64,000 bases of DNA from Thermodesulfobacteriota bacterium (lineage in GTDB: Bacteria; Desulfobacterota; Anaeroferrophillalia; Anaeroferrophillales; Tharpellaceae). The notes under the pieces are model-generated. The model was given only the letters and a program-made list of their open reading frames with translations, did no database searches and had not been told where the DNA came from. The DNA is taken from positions 7,337-71,336 of the forward strand of contig JANTFH010000001.1 of assembly GCA_024763535.1 (NCBI GenBank), read 5' to 3'. This document shows positions 9,588-20,100 of this stretch, one piece after another (position 1 is the first letter of the stretch; each line of letters begins with the position of its first letter). The translations under genes were made by a program, and so were the position numbers.

Positions 9588-12500
9588 TTAACGCAGCGCC
9601 GGCAAACCGTCCAGAAGTACGCCGTCAGTGGTGCCATTGAGTTGAAATCCGACAAGTTTCCGGTCGGATCTGTAGGTTATGTAGGTCGCACGGCTGATAT
9701 CGCTGCTGAAAAGCTTTTCGGCAACCTTTACAACTTTTTCATATCCGTCCAGACTTATAGTTTGCGGCTTTCCCACCATATGGCCATCGTTGTCGTAGGC
9801 TGTCAGAGTGACCCGGCTGGCCTTTAGTGATGTAGCGTTAACCATGGCGATGCCGGTAAATCCATCTTTTTCAAGTTTTGGAAACACCCCTCTGGGTGCG
9901 CTTAAATTGACACTGGAATAGCCGCCCAGTTCCAGACCGTTACTGGTGCCGAACAACTCAAATCCGGTCATCGGCTGACTGGACTTGATTCTGAACCAGG
10001 CCGTTGCTTCCGGGAAGTCCAGAGCGGCAACAGAGCCTATAAATTTATCATGTCCGGTAAGGTCCAGGCTTACATTGGAGGTCAGGATTTTCCCCTCAGT
10101 ATTGAAAGTTGTAAAATTTAAGTGGCTGGTTGCAGTCGCACAGTTATAAGCTACAACCCCGGTCCACCATTCATCTGTAGAGGCAACATGGGGGTAGATG
10201 ATTTCGGTGGCACTGTCATCCTGCAGTAAGATGCCGGAGAGTTGCTTGCCGCTGCCGAAAAGTTCAAGCCCGATGATACCGGCACAATTTCTGATGACGG
10301 CCGACTGGATGCCGGTTTGGGGCTGGCCGGCAAACAGAGACCTGAGGCTCAGCGCCTTGTGTTCACCGGGATTAAGCTCCAGGGTTTGTTTCATACCATT
10401 ATCTGTTTCGATGAAAAGGGTGCGGGCGGAAGCGGTAACATTGACCAGACTCAAACCTGTAAACCAGTTGTCGTCCGAGGCAATGTGCGAGACGAAGATA
10501 TCTTTTTGATTGAGTTCCCTGACAGCCGGAATTGCGACCCGGTAGTTGCCGGCAACGTAAAACTTGGTATAGCCTGCCAGCGTATCGCCGGAGGCGGTGA
10601 AAATGATGTAGCCGATCCGGTCCGGATCGCTGAAGGTCGTGCCGACGGTAATCTCGCGTCGTCCCCGGGGCGGCAGCACAACATCATCTATTTCAGAAAC
10701 CGGGGTTCCGTCATCAGCGTAGGCTTTAAAAGTACCGGTTATGGTGGAATCGGCACTTAAATTGATAACGCAGATCTCAGTTTCCCAGTTATCCACCGTG
10801 GCAATATGGGGGTAGTAGAGGCAGTCGGGTTTACTGACCAGGTATTTACCGATTGCCTGGTTGCCGTAGTTGTCGGTTGCCTCGACCCGCACCAGATAGT
10901 TGCCGGGCCGGGCATAGGTGTGGGAACAGGCACTGTCACTGAAAGGGCCCTGCGGGCTGCTGCCGTCACCGAAATCCCAGCGGTAGTAACTGCCCCAGGA
11001 GTTAATGACCGGAGAATCCAGCAGAGCCTGAAAGCTCTTTTCGGTAACCGTGGAGTTGTTTCTCTCGACAATCGCAGCGGTCGGCTCATCCGCCATCCAG
11101 TTAAGAAAAATGCCGAGCAGTTTTGATCGGGAAGTACGGTGGGCCTGGTCGTTAATACCTTCAAGCCCAAAGCTGGCATAGATGGCGCGGATGGCAGAAG
11201 GCGGCTCGGGAATTCCCAGACTGGGCTGGAAGCGGTTTGCCTGAGCGACAATCCCGTATTGGTTATTGTTCTTATCCGGGTAACAGAGTAAGGCCGGCAA
11301 GTGAAGCCGCCGCAAATCCGCATCTTCGTACGTGCACATCTCATCGATAAAAAACTGGTTTCCGGCCCCGTCTCCACTGTCGCTTAAATCGAGATGGATA
11401 TTCTTAAAAGCTGAAGGCGCATCCGCAAAGGCAACAATATCATGTTCCGGCAGTTTTCCGTCGGTCAGTCCATGCTGCCATACAAGTCCGTTGAGGATGT
11501 TGTCCCAGAAGAATTTTTCACCTTCAAAGGCATCACCTTCAGAGAATATATTAGAAATGTTCTGTCCCATGGCAATTATATGACCGCCGCCATTGGCATA
11601 TTCAGTCAGTCTGTCGGTATACAGATTGTCCATGGGATTCCAGTTGTCTCCGGAGAAATAGACCATGGCCGGATAGCGGGCGAGTTTTGCCGCTTCCGGT
11701 ATGAGGTTGTCGGCCGGTTGGGCATCCACATCCCAGACATCATAACTTTTACCGAGTTTGTCAAGAGCCTCAGTGTAATATTTGCGATAATCTTTTTTCT
11801 CCTGATCGGCGCTGCTGCCGTCGTTGTCGACCAACAGTATCTCTCCCGAAGATGGTCTGACGATCCGGGCCCAGAAAGGGAGGTGGGCGTTGTGAGCTTT
11901 GCCACTGAGTACAATGAATCCCTGGAGGTCGCCACTGTTAACCCTGTCATTGGTCGTGTCAATTGTTAACGTCAGCGTGGTAGAGGTTTTCGGTTTTAAC
12001 GTCAGCTGCGCCGGGGAGAAACTTACACCCTCCATGCTTTTTTCATGGCCGTCCGCGGCCCGTGGGTTAAAAATGGAAACGGTGTAGGTTTCCGGATTGG
12101 GAGATATATTGGTAACGGTTACAGTGAGAGATTTGTTTTTCCCTTTAGCTACCCGGCCGAAACTGACTGAGGGCGGCTGACAGATGATGCCGGGGTCGAT
12201 CACCCGGGTCAGATCGAGGCGGCCGGCACCGATTTCCAGGGGCAGGGCGGGAAGATCATTATCTACCTTTATGCCCTTAAACCTGGAAGTCGTCATGATT
12301 GCCGATTTAATATAACTGTTGGGCCAGTCGGGATGAACCTGGAGAATCAGGGCTGCGGCCCCGGCCACATGCGGGGTCGCCATTGAGGTTCCTGAAGCAA
12401 TTCCAAAGCCTAAATGGCGATTCTCGCCGGCGGCATAGGGGTCATAGCCTTGCGAAAGGATCCGGACTCCGGGGGCAGTAATATCGGGTTTTAAGACTTC

Positions 12501-14255
12501 ACCGACTCCGGGTCCCCGACTACTAAAGTATGCAAGGTAATCGGGAGGGAAATCTGTCGGGTGGGATCGGTAATCCATTTCCAGCCGGGAAGCCGAACCG
12601 TAAGTATCGCACCAATCACGCAGGGCTTCGCCGTCACTGTGCTTGATGAATATTGAAGGGATGCTGATTTCGTCGGCATGGAATGAGGGGCCCATGGTCA
12701 TCAGGTTGTCGCCGCCCTCTGCGTGGTTGTGGTTGTAGATCACCACCAGGACGGCACCGGCTTTTTGGGCCATAAAGACCTTATCACAGAAATCACAGTC
12801 GCCGCGTTCGATCAGTACAGCTTTGTTTGCGAATGGGGTTCCCACCCAGGGGGAACAACCTTCGAAGTTATCAGCTTCAATCCCGGCGGCGGAAATCAGT
12901 TCGTAGGTTGTTACTCCAACCGGCAAGTACGGGCCGAAATCCGCCTCTTGGTAATCAATGTTGGTTAGAGCCTCGTCGGTTGCCCCCGGAGCATTCACTT
13001 TGAAGGGTGGTAAAGTCAGAATCGAAGATTTGCTGGAGGCCGCTACGTTGATGTAGTCGGCCGAAGGATGATCCATGGTTCCCAGGCCGGGACCGGAATT
13101 GCCATTTGCAGCAACAACAAAAATTCCGGATTTGGCGGCATTGATCAGGGTGCGATCGAGCAGGTCATAATAACCCCCTGAGGAATCAGGGGCACCTCCC
13201 ACTGAAAAATTGAGAACATCCGCCCCGTCGGCAACGATATCCTCCAGGGCGGCCAGGCCTTCGGTGGTGTTAACACCTCCCGAACCGCTCTGATGAGGGT
13301 AGAAGACACGGTAGCTCATCAGCCAGGCTGCCGGTGCGACCCCGCTGATTTTTGTTTGGAAGCCGAGATAGGCGGCGGTTACCGGGTTACCGGCGGCAAT
13401 ACCGGCGACGTGAACTCCGTGTGAAATACCGTGTTCACCGGGCCATACATTTGTATCGCCTTCAAGGGGCGGATCATCGGGGTTGAAATAGGCCCGGGAA
13501 ACGATGATTTTACCATTGTTATTGCGGGGGTCGCCCAGGCCCGGAGCCGGGATGTCCGGAGGAAAGTTGAACCCGGTGCCGCTGAACATCGGCGCCTGAT
13601 GATGGATACCGGCGTCCATGATGGCAATTTTAATGCCGCGTCCGGCGTCGGCAGCCGAGTGTATGGCGGGATTGTCCCAGAGAGCCTGAACGTTGATCAG
13701 GTTGCAGCTGGGATAGAGAGTCGGGTAATAAATTTTTTCCGGGTAAACCGCTTTTACTTCCGGCAAATTTCTAAGATTCTGCAAAAGGGTATTTCGATCC
13801 GAGTTCCCGGGATCAAGCGATACTCCATTGAAAAGTAGTTTGTAACGGTTTTCATGTAATCTACCCTGATAATCCAGACGGCGGGAAACCTGGACTCCGG
13901 GGCTTATTGTCTCTAATTTTCGAACAAAACTGTTCTGTTCCTGTTCAAGTCGCCGCAGATATTGTCTGGCGGCCCGATTGCCCGGGGACAGCCGCCGGCC
14001 GCCGGGAGAGCCGTATTTTTTCGGTGATTCGGCAAATCTACAAGCCAATGGTTCATTTTGAAGTTCAACAATCAGCCGACCGGATCTTTTCAGTTCAGGA
14101 TCAAGGGTGCCGGTTGAATTTCTTACTGCAGGGACAGTACCGGCTGCCGCCAGAGCGGTGCCGGCTATAATCATTGGGGCCGCTAGAGAGCTGAGGATGA
14201 GAATGAGAATTGCGGCTGCAGTTTTCCCTGTTCCTGTTATTATCCGGTTCTTCAC
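9588..14255 (-). CDS. Large secreted subtilisin-like serine protease (peptidase S8). Carries a signal peptide, pro-domain, PA-like insert, PKD-like domain and four C-terminal tandem ~100-aa repeats.
   Basis: 1555 aa. N-terminal signal peptide with a hydrophobic stretch. Asp/His/Ser catalytic motifs are IAIMDAGI, HGVHVAGIAAG and GTSMATPHVAGAAALI. A PKD-like segment reads WDFGDGSS...YLVRVEATDNYGN. The repeats carry the motif [YF]PH[IV]A(S/T)xDxW(W/F)TG. Confidence 0.9.
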   Translation of the reverse strand: MKNRIITGTGKTAAAILILILSSLAAPMIIAGTALAAAGTVPAVRNSTGTLDPELKRSGRLIVELQNEPLACRFAESPKKYGSPGGRRLSPGNRAARQYLRRLEQEQNSFVRKLETISPGVQVSRRLDYQGRLHENRYKLLFNGVSLDPGNSDRNTLLQNLRNLPEVKAVYPEKIYYPTLYPSCNLINVQALWDNPAIHSAADAGRGIKIAIMDAGIHHQAPMFSGTGFNFPPDIPAPGLGDPRNNNGKIIVSRAYFNPDDPPLEGDTNVWPGEHGISHGVHVAGIAAGNPVTAAYLGFQTKISGVAPAAWLMSYRVFYPHQSGSGGVNTTEGLAALEDIVADGADVLNFSVGGAPDSSGGYYDLLDRTLINAAKSGIFVVAANGNSGPGLGTMDHPSADYINVAASSKSSILTLPPFKVNAPGATDEALTNIDYQEADFGPYLPVGVTTYELISAAGIEADNFEGCSPWVGTPFANKAVLIERGDCDFCDKVFMAQKAGAVLVVIYNHNHAEGGDNLMTMGPSFHADEISIPSIFIKHSDGEALRDWCDTYGSASRLEMDYRSHPTDFPPDYLAYFSSRGPGVGEVLKPDITAPGVRILSQGYDPYAAGENRHLGFGIASGTSMATPHVAGAAALILQVHPDWPNSYIKSAIMTTSRFKGIKVDNDLPALPLEIGAGRLDLTRVIDPGIICQPPSVSFGRVAKGKNKSLTVTVTNISPNPETYTVSIFNPRAADGHEKSMEGVSFSPAQLTLKPKTSTTLTLTIDTTNDRVNSGDLQGFIVLSGKAHNAHLPFWARIVRPSSGEILLVDNDGSSADQEKKDYRKYYTEALDKLGKSYDVWDVDAQPADNLIPEAAKLARYPAMVYFSGDNWNPMDNLYTDRLTEYANGGGHIIAMGQNISNIFSEGDAFEGEKFFWDNILNGLVWQHGLTDGKLPEHDIVAFADAPSAFKNIHLDLSDSGDGAGNQFFIDEMCTYEDADLRRLHLPALLCYPDKNNNQYGIVAQANRFQPSLGIPEPPSAIRAIYASFGLEGINDQAHRTSRSKLLGIFLNWMADEPTAAIVERNNSTVTEKSFQALLDSPVINSWGSYYRWDFGDGSSPQGPFSDSACSHTYARPGNYLVRVEATDNYGNQAIGKYLVSKPDCLYYPHIATVDNWETEICVINLSADSTITGTFKAYADDGTPVSEIDDVVLPPRGRREITVGTTFSDPDRIGYIIFTASGDTLAGYTKFYVAGNYRVAIPAVRELNQKDIFVSHIASDDNWFTGLSLVNVTASARTLFIETDNGMKQTLELNPGEHKALSLRSLFAGQPQTGIQSAVIRNCAGIIGLELFGSGKQLSGILLQDDSATEIIYPHVASTDEWWTGVVAYNCATATSHLNFTTFNTEGKILTSNVSLDLTGHDKFIGSVAALDFPEATAWFRIKSSQPMTGFELFGTSNGLELGGYSSVNLSAPRGVFPKLEKDGFTGIAMVNATSLKASRVTLTAYDNDGHMVGKPQTISLDGYEKVVKVAEKLFSSDISRATYITYRSDRKLVGFQLNGTTDGVLLDGLPALR

Positions 14256-14724
14256 GATCGCTCTCCAGTTGTAAAAAAAATTAAGCTGAAATCTTCACTT
14301 AAATTTAAGTCAGAGCAAAGGGGGGATCCAACAACTAAAATCCATATCATTTAATACTGGACAAAAGCAATCTTTTAATGTTATATAGCGGTTCAGTTCA
14401 ACGATATAGTTGAATAGAGTAAGGGTTGTGATGGGGATGTTCTCCATAGATCAACCTTTTACTTTGAGGAAGATTAAAATAGCAAAGCGGTTGTTTTCGG
14501 CAACGGAGGCAAGCGCTTTTTTGTTTTTTGGGTCGGTTTTTTCCGATGGTCGATTTAGAACCTTAATCAATCAGGTTCATCTGCAAGATAGATTTACTAC
14601 AACACTATAATTTAAGCCCGTATCCGGAAAGATCGGAACTTTTTAATTTATAAGGTTTGCCGAAAAGCTAAATTTCGCCAGCCTTTTAAGAAAATGTCCG
14701 GCCGGGCTATTGAGAGATTTAGAT

Positions 14725-16017
14725 ATGTCATTTGAAAAATTGGGCCTGGTGCCCAGACTGCTTGAAACCGTAGCCGCACAGGGCTACACCATTCCCACCC
14801 CGATTCAGGCGCAGGCGATTCCCGTGATTCTGGAAGGCCGTGATGTTCTGGGCGGGGCCCAGACGGGAACCGGAAAAACCGCTGCCTTTGCCCTGCCGGT
14901 ATTGCAGAAACTGGATGCGGCCGGTCGTAAAGGTAAACATCCGCGCTGCCTGGTGCTGACGCCGACCCGTGAGCTTGCGGCGCAGGTGGGTGAGTCGATG
15001 GCGGTTTACGGAAAGAAAATGTCGTTGCGTTCGACGATTGTCTTCGGTGGTGTCGGCATTAACCCGCAGATTGATAAATTACGGCGCGGGATTGATATCC
15101 TGGTCGCCACCCCCGGCCGGCTACTGGACCATTGCGGTCAGAAAACCGTTGATCTTTCTCATGTCGAGATTTTGATTCTGGATGAGGCCGACCGGATGCT
15201 GGATATGGGTTTTATCCACGATATCAAGCGGGTGCTCAAATTGCTGCCGCAGAAACGTCAGAATCTGCTCTTTTCCGCGACCTATTCCAATGATATCCGG
15301 GGACTGGCTGACAACCTGTTGCGGGATCCGGTTATGGTTGAAGTCGCACCGCGGAACACCGCGGCCGAAAAGGTTGATCAGGTGGTGTATCCGGTGGCCT
15401 TAAAAGAGAAAAAAGTGCTGCTGGCGAAATTGATTAATGATGGTGACTGGCAGAAAGCTTTGGTTTTCACCCGCACTAAACACGGTGCCAATCGGCTCGC
15501 GACCTATCTGGAAAAAGGTGGTATCGGGGCGGCGGCGATTCACGGCAACAAGAGTCAGACCGCCCGAACCCGGGCTCTGGCTGAGTTTAAGCAGGGCAAA
15601 GTCAAAGTTCTGGTGGCGACCGATATTGCCGCCCGGGGTCTTGACATTGCGGCCCTGCCGCAGGTTGTCAATTTTGATTTGCCGAATGTGGCTGAAGATT
15701 ATGTCCATCGCATCGGCCGGACCGGCCGGGCCGGCAGTTCCGGTATGGCGATTTCACTGGTGAGTGCCGATGAGCAGAAACTCCTGCGGCCGATCGAGAG
15801 ACTGTTGGGGCGGGATATTCTCGTCGAAAATATCGACGGTTTTGCCCAGAATGAGGCCGATAAGGACGAAGAGACTTTCGTTAATTTCAACCGCCGCGGC
15901 AAAGGGCCGGGCCGGGGGCGTTACTCTAAACCGCGTCAATCCGGTGGCAGACCCGGCGGTAATTCCCGAAATTCCAGCCACTCGCGCGCCAGATCCGGCG
16001 GGGCCGGTAATCGTTAG
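14725..16017 (+). CDS. rhlE: ATP-dependent DEAD-box RNA helicase (RhlE-like) with an Arg/Gly-rich C-terminal tail
   Basis: Q-motif FEKLGL...GYTIPTPIQ, Walker [13 protein letters not shown] box ([13 protein letters not shown]), [13 protein letters not shown], and a C-terminal RGKGPGRGR...GGRPGGNSR tail. Start set at ATG 14725 (MSFEKLGL). Confidence 0.9.
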   Translation: MSFEKLGLVPRLLETVAAQGYTIPTPIQAQAIPVILEGRDVLGGAQTGTGKTAAFALPVLQKLDAAGRKGKHPRCLVLTPTRELAAQVGESMAVYGKKMSLRSTIVFGGVGINPQIDKLRRGIDILVATPGRLLDHCGQKTVDLSHVEILILDEADRMLDMGFIHDIKRVLKLLPQKRQNLLFSATYSNDIRGLADNLLRDPVMVEVAPRNTAAEKVDQVVYPVALKEKKVLLAKLINDGDWQKALVFTRTKHGANRLATYLEKGGIGAAAIHGNKSQTARTRALAEFKQGKVKVLVATDIAARGLDIAALPQVVNFDLPNVAEDYVHRIGRTGRAGSSGMAISLVSADEQKLLRPIERLLGRDILVENIDGFAQNEADKDEETFVNFNRRGKGPGRGRYSKPRQSGGRPGGNSRNSSHSRARSGGAGNR

Positions 16018-16063
16018 ATCGCGGTTGATAATTCAGCAAACAAAAATTCATATTGAAATGTTG

Positions 16064-16093
16064 ACTGAAGTCTGATAGCAATCAGACTTCAGT
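16064..16093. repeat. Perfect 13-bp inverted repeat (hairpin) downstream of rhlE
   Basis: ACTGAAGTCTGAT-agca-ATCAGACTTCAGT. It is not followed by a clean T-tract, so it may be a terminator or a regulatory hairpin. Confidence 0.5.
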
Positions 16094-16218
16094 TCAGAAA
16101 AAGAATTATGGCCTGCGACGTTATGCGGTTTTTCTCTGGATTTCATTGTGTGTCTTCCGGCAATGATGAATTCCTGAAGTTTTTTAGTTGACAGTTTTTA
16201 AGCAGAAGAGGTGAAAAT

Positions 16219-16998
16219 ATGAGTTTCGAAACGGTGTTGATGGAAATAGTTGCTGAAAATGTCGGCGAGATAACTCTGAACCGGCCCAAAAATTTAAATA
16301 CATTCAGTTTGCCGCTGGCTCAGGAACTGAATCAGGCTCTGCTTGATTTTGACGGTCGGAACGATGTGCGGGTAGTTATTGTCAAAGGTGCCGGCAGAGC
16401 CTTTTGTGCCGGCATTGACGTCAGCGATTTTTTCGGCAAGACGGCAATGGAGTATAAGCGTTGGATTGAGACCATGGAAACTCCGTTGGTTACTATCAGC
16501 CGGATGAGCAAACCGGTGATCGCCCAGGTGCATGGTGTGGCGGCGGCCAACGGTGCCGGTCTGGTAGCGGCGGCCGACCTGGCGGTTATGGCGGATTCAG
16601 CTCGTTATGGTCTGACCGCCATTAACGTCGGTTTGAATTGTATTGGTCCAATTGTGCCGGTGAGCAAGTCGATTGGTCGAAAAAGGGCTTTGGAACTGCT
16701 TTTCGACGGTCAACTGATTAAAGCGGATAAAGCTTTAAGTATGGGACTTGTCAACCGTGTAGTTTCTGATGATGAACTTGAGTCTGAAACCAGAAAGTGG
16801 GCTGCCAGTCTGGCCCAGAAGAGTCCGATCGCCTTACAGATCGCCAAGACCGCTTTTTATGGTGCCGCCGATCAGGATTATTTTAAGGCTTTCGAGTATA
16901 TGAATGAAGCTTTTGCCCGCATGTGTACAACTGAAGATGCGGCCGAAGGGATCAAGGCCTTCATGGATAAACGAGCTCCCAACTGGCAGGAGAAATAG
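16219..16998 (+). CDS. Enoyl-CoA hydratase/isomerase (crotonase) family protein
   Basis: 259 aa, crotonase fold: oxyanion-hole segments (VIVKGAGRAFCAGIDV, AQVHGVAAANGAGL) and the typical length. Confidence 0.85.
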   Translation: MSFETVLMEIVAENVGEITLNRPKNLNTFSLPLAQELNQALLDFDGRNDVRVVIVKGAGRAFCAGIDVSDFFGKTAMEYKRWIETMETPLVTISRMSKPVIAQVHGVAAANGAGLVAAADLAVMADSARYGLTAINVGLNCIGPIVPVSKSIGRKRALELLFDGQLIKADKALSMGLVNRVVSDDELESETRKWAASLAQKSPIALQIAKTAFYGAADQDYFKAFEYMNEAFARMCTTEDAAEGIKAFMDKRAPNWQEK

Positions 16999-17027
16999 GC
17001 GGAATTATATTAATAAATTGGCAAGTT

Positions 17028-17075
17028 AAAAGCCGGTTTTCTGAAAGAATTATTTTTCAGGAAACCGGCTTTTTG
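17028..17075. terminator. Bidirectional Rho-independent terminator between the convergent crotonase and rSAM-fusion genes
   Basis: AAAAGCCGGTTTTCTGAAA...TTTCAGGAAACCGGCTTTTT, a long perfect stem flanked by A- and T-tracts on both sides. Confidence 0.8.
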
Positions 17076-17151
17076 TCGTATTACGGGTTGGGGCCGGTCG
17101 AAATCGAGTCGGTCAACCTGCGGATAAATAAAATGAACTCCCCGTTTCTAA

Positions 17152-20100
17152 TCAACTCTTTTCCATGATAAAACATGGCGTCTGGCTGGATGAGGGGGGA
17201 CTTAACGGACACCTGGAGGCGATGCAGGTCGGGTTTATGCCCATCTGTTTACAGTTAAGTTCAGTATCGGCCTTGAGGCCTGTCGGCAGCATGGTCTGGG
17301 AGAGCTCCGCCGCCTTTTTCAAGGCCAGCCAGGAATCACGCTGGCAGCAGCGGGCGGCATCGAGTTCGGCAATATCAGCCAGACACATCTGGGTGGCCGT
17401 TTGAATCTTTTGGCGGGCGGAAGCCGCCATCGGGGTTGATTTAAGAATCAGGCCGAAAGCAATACCTACGCCCAAAGCGGCACCGCAGGCACCAAAAAAA
17501 CCGCAGAATCCGCCGGGTATCTGCGAGCCCCGGGAGATTCCGTTTTTTACGGTTTCACTGCTGATTCCACCACCAATATTTTTATAAGTTGCGAGAATAA
17601 TTCCCGGTACCAGAGCATGGTGCTCGGGGCCGTGCACCGGAATGCGCGGATGATTGCGTATCTGCCGCAACAGGGCAATCATGTCGGTTTCAGTGGTTGT
17701 CGTACACAGGTGCTCAATGACCTGCAGGGCATCCCGGGCATGACACTCATCACAGACGAAATGCCCATTTTCACAGAGAGCGTTGGTTTTTAAGCTCTGA
17801 TGACAAAAAGCGCAGCTTTTTTCCACCTCTGTCTGTTGATAGACCAGCGGGGCACCGCAAACCATACAGTCAACGCTTTTCCTGACATTACCATCATTTT
17901 TATCCTGAGTATCTACGGCCTTTGCTTTTGCCTCCGGCGGTGAAGCACAGCAGGAGTCGCCGAGCTCAATATTGCTGACAAAACCATGACCGTCCAAGAG
18001 AAAAATTTCTTCACCGCAGCCCTTTAAGCGGCTGTCCGGCAGCGTGTAAGTTGTGCCCGGCGTCAGCACTTGCCGGTCGGCCGTCAGCACCGCGGCAAAG
18101 GGGCCCCGGTAGATCATTTTGATCATCTTGCCGGGCCCCGGTTTCCAGGCGGCAAAGGTCAGGGAATAGAAGGGGTGGCCAGCTACCGTACGGTAGGGAT
18201 ATCTTTTAATGATTCTCGGATTTATAAAACCTGATTCACTCAGCAGAGCCATAAGGTTTTTCTGAGTCAAGGCTCCGGCAATACATTCGCCCCGCAGAAT
18301 TTCATCACTGCGGATGGCGGGATCGGGTTCGTCCTCGCAGACCACATCCGCGACTACGAGTCGGCCCCCGGGCCGTAATACACGCAGGATTTCAGCAAAA
18401 GTCCGCCTTTTGTTGGTGGATAAATTGAGAACGCAGTTGGAGATGATTACATCAGCTCCGTGATCGTCCAGCGGCAGATCTTCAAGCAGGCCTTTTTTGA
18501 ACCTCAAATTGTCATAACCGAGGTTCTTGCGGATGGAGATAGCTCCCTGTCGGGCCAGTTCCAGCATGGGATCAAGCATGTCGATGCCGGTTACCCGGCC
18601 GGAGTCGCCGACCAGGCGGGCCCCGATAAAACACTCCACTCCGCTGCCGCTGCCGAGATCAACCAGGCTTTCTCCGGTCTGCAACTCGGCGTCCAGAATC
18701 GGGCTTCCGCAGCCGTAACTGCGTACCCGGGAGGCGGTTGGAATATGGCTCAGCAGTTCAGCGGGATAATTCACCGGATTAAGGATATCGAGGTTGGGCT
18801 TTAAGGCGGCGCTGCCGTAAAATTTTCTGATAACGGTTCGGCTGTCATTCCGACTTAAAGAGAGCAGGCAGTTATTGTGAACCAGAGTCTCCCGGCCATG
18901 GGCGCCGCAGCTCTCCAGGATATCCCCCATTTTCAGGCGCAGTCCCGGCAGCTTACGCTCGGGCCGGGCCGGTAGATTACTGGTAATTTGCCATAAGGCG
19001 ATATCTTCGTAGAGGGGCCAGTAGGGGTCGTGGCCGCTGAATTCTCCGGAATGGATATAGCTGTGGTCGGGGTCACCGCCGCCGAGGATGAAGCGCAGCG
19101 GGTGGCTGATGGCCATGGCGTTGGCCCGGCGCAGGTGCTTAAACACCGGGTCGGAACGCCAGGTGGTGCCGAGGTCGGAGTTAATTTCCGCCCCCAGTCC
19201 TTTCATGCCGATCAGGGCCGGAGAGGGATAAAGTTTATGATCCGGTCCGATGGCAATCGATTCCCAACCGCTGGAGCCGGCCCAGTGAATGGTTCCCGGG
19301 GGCGCGAACACCTGGGTTTGCATGGTCTCAAGGTTATCGATACCGACTCCCAGCTGAGCCCCTTTTGCGGCCGCCTCCTGCAGTTTAGTGAAAATCTTCT
19401 GCGGCAGAACGAAGGCCTCCGCCGAGCCCCGGCCCCGGATAAAATACCACATAAAGTGGACCGTTGCGGCGCCAACCTCAGAAGCCAGTTCGATAATCTC
19501 CGGCATTTGCTGCACATTGCTCTCGGTGACACACATGGAAAGGGTGAAAGGCATGTTCTGCTGCCGCAGGAGATGAAATTCATGTCCCAATTTTTTGAAT
19601 GATCCTGCTCCCCGTAAATGGTCGTGTTCCTTTTCCAGGCCATCGATGCTGATCTGCAGATGTAAGTTATCTTTCGGCCAGGACTTAAGCTCCTTTGTAA
19701 AATTATGCCAGAGCATGCCGTTGGTCAGCACTGCCACGTGCCGCTCCGGGTCAGCCAGCAGATGGTCGATGATTGCGGCAAACTGCGGGTGCACCAGGGG
19801 CTCACCGCCGGTCAGGGCGAAGACGCGGCAGCCTAAGTTTGCGGCCTGATCTGTCAGTGAGATAATCTCCGCCAGTGACAGACTCTCCTTTTCTCCGGGG
19901 GAGCAGGCAAAGAGACAATGTCTGCAGGCCTGATTACAGTCATTGGTGATGTGCAGCCAGCACTCTTTAAGCTCCCGGGTTGACAGGGTTTCGGGCCGTC
20001 CGCTCAGCTTCGTCTCTGCGTAGGCCGGCAGGCGCTGTAAAAACAGTTGCTGTTGTAAATCACCAGGATACGCACCTCCGGCAGCCAGGTCGCTGAGCAG

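Noticed and set aside
14410-14610. 66-aa ORF in the protease/rhlE divergent intergenic region
   Set aside because: AT-rich promoter region, no SD, no recognisable features.
17052-17154. The rSAM-ArsM fusion ORF ends in TGA, and ArsS-family proteins can be selenoproteins. I checked for selenocysteine read-through.
   Set aside because: The in-frame extension after the TGA (LETGSSFYLSAG, then another TGA) is short and not Cys-rich. No SECIS-like hairpin follows the codon, and a strong bidirectional terminator follows. The Sec position in that family is internal to the rSAM-associated domain, which here is fully encoded with Cys.
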